From: an uncultured Candidatus Saccharibacteria bacterium
GTDB taxonomy: Bacteria > Patescibacteriota > Minisyncoccia > Phycocordibacterales > DSPV01
Direction: 5' to 3'
DNA: 25,234 nucleotides
Assembly (NCBI GenBank): GCA_964372805.1
Contig: CAYJSB010000002.1
Location: 1 to 25,234 of the forward strand
Below the pieces are notes generated by a model, which ran no database searches, was not told the origin of the DNA, and saw nothing but the letters and a program-made list of their open reading frames with translations. The translations under genes and the position numbers were made by a program. This document shows, piece by piece, positions 23,306 through 25,234 of the stretch (positions within the stretch are counted from its first letter, which is position 1; every line of letters starts with the position of its first letter).

Positions 23306-23926
23306 ATGGAACTAACCGCCACAATATTTCAGATTGCGATTCTTATAATGTCGGTTGTTGTACACGAAGTTGCTCACGGCTATGCTGCAAGCATGCTTGG
23401 AGACCAAACCGCGCGTTATGCTGGCCGATTGACGCTCAACCCCATCAAGCATCTCGATTTGATAGGTTCGATTGTCGTGCCAATAATTCTTGTTATCCTA
23501 AAAGCCGGTTTTATAATCGGCTGGGCCAAGCCAGTGCCGGTCAATCCGTACAATTTGCGCAACGGGCGGCGGGGCGAACTTATCGTTGCCGCTGCAGGGC
23601 CTATATCGAATATTACAATAGCGGTTATTTTTGGAATATTTATCCGAATTGCAGTCGCGAATGGCTTGTCAGAATCGCTTATTTCCATCTCATCTATTGT
23701 CGTTCTAATAAACCTTGTGCTCGCTTTCTTTAATCTAATGCCTATTCCGCCGCTCGATGGCTCAAAGGTGCTTTTTTCGCTTTTGCCGCTCCACATGCAT
23801 TACGTCCGCGAATTCCTCGAACGATATTCTCTTGCGCTAGTGTTTGTCTTCATCTTTTTTGTCTGGCGCTTGTTGTTTCCAGTTATCGGGTGGCTTTTTG
23901 GCATTTTAACAGGCCTTGTATTTTAA
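23306..23926 (+). CDS. Site-2 protease (peptidase M50)
   Basis: HEVAHG (HExxH), NPIKHLD, WAKPVPVNP, AAGP, FNLMPIPPLDG; start at ATG 23306. Confidence 0.95.
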   Translation: MELTATIFQIAILIMSVVVHEVAHGYAASMLGDQTARYAGRLTLNPIKHLDLIGSIVVPIILVILKAGFIIGWAKPVPVNPYNLRNGRRGELIVAAAGPISNITIAVIFGIFIRIAVANGLSESLISISSIVVLINLVLAFFNLMPIPPLDGSKVLFSLLPLHMHYVREFLERYSLALVFVFIFFVWRLLFPVIGWLFGILTGLVF

Positions 23927-23929
23927 CCC

Positions 23930-23958
23930 TTGCGTTTTTGCCCGAAAGATATTAAAGT
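23930..23958 (+). promoter_or_regulatory. rpsL promoter TTGCGT-17-TAAAGT
   Basis: Boxes at 23930-23935 and 23953-23958. Confidence 0.6.
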
Positions 23959-24034
23959 ATCCAGCACTTCTTGCAGGAAGCTTTTTTGTTTCGGAAAGCT
24001 AGAAGCTACACGCTAGAAGCTCAAAGCTATATTT

Positions 24035-24472
24035 ATGCCCACAATCAACCAACTCATAAAGCACAAAAGAACCAGCTTGGCCAGAAAGCCGAAGTCGGTG
24101 GCGCTTCGACGCACCTTTAACGTTCTCAAGAACCGACCGAAGTTTTTCCCGTCTCCTTTCAAGCGCGGTGTATGCACCAAAGTAACAACGAAGACTCCGA
24201 AGAAACCGAACTCGGCTATCAGAAAAATCGCGCGCGTTCGTCTGACGAATGGTATGGAAGTCACGGCGTACATTCCGGGCATCGGACACAATTTGCAGGA
24301 GCACGCCGTGGTTATTTTGCGCGGAGGCCGCGTAAAAGACGTCGGGCTTCGATATCAGGTTATCAGAGGAAAGCTCGATGCGTCAGGAGTAGAAGGCCGC
24401 AAGAAAGGACGAAGTCAGTATGGCACCAAGAAGGGGAAGAGCGTTGGCGCAAATGCGGCGGCGGCGAGCTAG
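24035..24472 (+). CDS. rpsL: 30S ribosomal protein S12
   Basis: [50 protein letters not shown]. Confidence 0.99.
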   Translation: MPTINQLIKHKRTSLARKPKSVALRRTFNVLKNRPKFFPSPFKRGVCTKVTTKTPKKPNSAIRKIARVRLTNGMEVTAYIPGIGHNLQEHAVVILRGGRVKDVGLRYQVIRGKLDASGVEGRKKGRSQYGTKKGKSVGANAAAAS

Positions 24473-24520
24473 GCAGGAATATGAATAATGAATTAGGAAT
24501 TAAGAAAAAAAGCTAACTGG

Positions 24521-24994
24521 ATGAGGAGAAAATTAAAAGAAAGAGAGAGGCACGAGTCGGAGCCGGATCTTGTCTATAAGTCGGACAAAGTGGCGAAACT
24601 CGTTAACTATGTTATGGAACGCGGAAAGAAAAACACCGCGCGCAACGTTGTCTATGCCGCCCTCAAAGAAATAAAAGAAAAAACAAAAGCTGAACCTCTC
24701 GAAATTTTGGATGCAGCGCTTCGCAACACCGCGCCGAACATGGAGGTTCGTTCGCGCCGTGTAGGCGGTGCCAATTATCAGGTGCCAGTGGAAGTCCGTC
24801 CGTCTCGCCGTTCCGCTCTCTCAATGAAATGGATTATCAACGCGGCACGCGTGAAGAAAGGTAAACCGATGCATATAAAACTTGCGGATGAAATCGTCGC
24901 CGCTTCAAAAAACGAAGGCGACGCGGTAAAAAAACGCGAAAACGTGCACAAAATGGCAGAAGCCAACAAGGCGTTTGCCCATTTTGCGTGGTAA
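24521..24994 (+). CDS. rpsG: 30S ribosomal protein S7
   Basis: LVNYVMERGKK, EVRSRRVGGANYQVP, AVKKRENVHKMAEANKAFAHF. Confidence 0.99.
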   Translation: MRRKLKERERHESEPDLVYKSDKVAKLVNYVMERGKKNTARNVVYAALKEIKEKTKAEPLEILDAALRNTAPNMEVRSRRVGGANYQVPVEVRPSRRSALSMKWIINAARVKKGKPMHIKLADEIVAASKNEGDAVKKRENVHKMAEANKAFAHFAW

Positions 24995-25002
24995 GGTCGC
25001 TC

Positions 25003-25168
25003 GCATTCCTCTTTTGCAGAGCAGAATGCTTCGGCAATCGAAATGCATAGTCGTCTCATGACGGAAATCGTATAACTCGTCCACAAAAAGTCCTCAAACA
25101 GATACGATTTCCTATTCGCCTCCTTGCATTTCAGATTGCCTTTCGCAATGCTCGACAAAAGAGAATAC
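25003..25168. ncRNA. Long nested imperfect hairpin (structured RNA or MITE-like element; identity unknown)
   Basis: Three nested stems: 25003-25023/25149-25168, 25033-25047/25125-25140 and 25063-25073/25102-25112. Confidence 0.45.
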
Positions 25169-25185
25169 TCGCTCTTGAGTTTACG

Positions 25186-25223
25186 ATCAAGGACGGTCCT
25201 TGATGTCAAGGACCGTCCTTGAT
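25186..25223. repeat. Doublet of 17-bp palindromes that together form a larger palindrome
   Basis: A-TCAAGGACGGTCCTTGA-TG-TCAAGGACCGTCCTTGA-T; the second unit is the reverse complement of the first. Confidence 0.85.
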
Positions 25224-25234
25224 ATAAGGTCACG

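Noticed and set aside
1079-25233. Many ORF-track entries antisense or out of frame to recognised genes (e.g. 1246..1710, 2996..3511, 4873..5310, 10094..10687, 24778..25233)
   Set aside because: They overlap well-supported genes, show no motifs, and are the expected shadow ORFs.

Overview
A 25.2-kb chromosomal segment from a reduced-genome bacterium. Gene content and style (split ComEC, pilB-pilC-minor pilin cluster, orphan PemK-like gene, L28 with an N-terminal insertion, core genes without Shine-Dalgarno motifs) point to Patescibacteria/Parcubacteria (inference); the standard code 11 fits because TGA ends several genes. Recognisable genes: hppA, nusA, pilB, pilC, three pilin-like genes, tpiA, pgk, a HIT protein, recJ, rnhA, two comEC halves, an Fe/Mn SOD, rpmB, a site-2 protease, rpsL and rpsG, with several small hypothetical genes in between. 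The most striking signals are non-coding: (1) four copies of a covarying bulged hairpin forming two ~170-bp inverted doublets, each ending just before the ATG of nusA or pilB; (2) a 123-bp MITE-like element with terminal inverted repeats and a TGAA duplication inside the recJ start codon; (3) four perfect 22-42-bp palindromes centred on TATA just after stop codons; (4) a ~166-nt rod-like hairpin after rpsG; (5) many degenerate 7-bp-period arrays. An accessory cassette (small membrane paralog, PemK/MazF-like toxin, small membrane paralog) interrupts the pilus operon. All calls are by-eye motif recognition; no database search or folding program was run.
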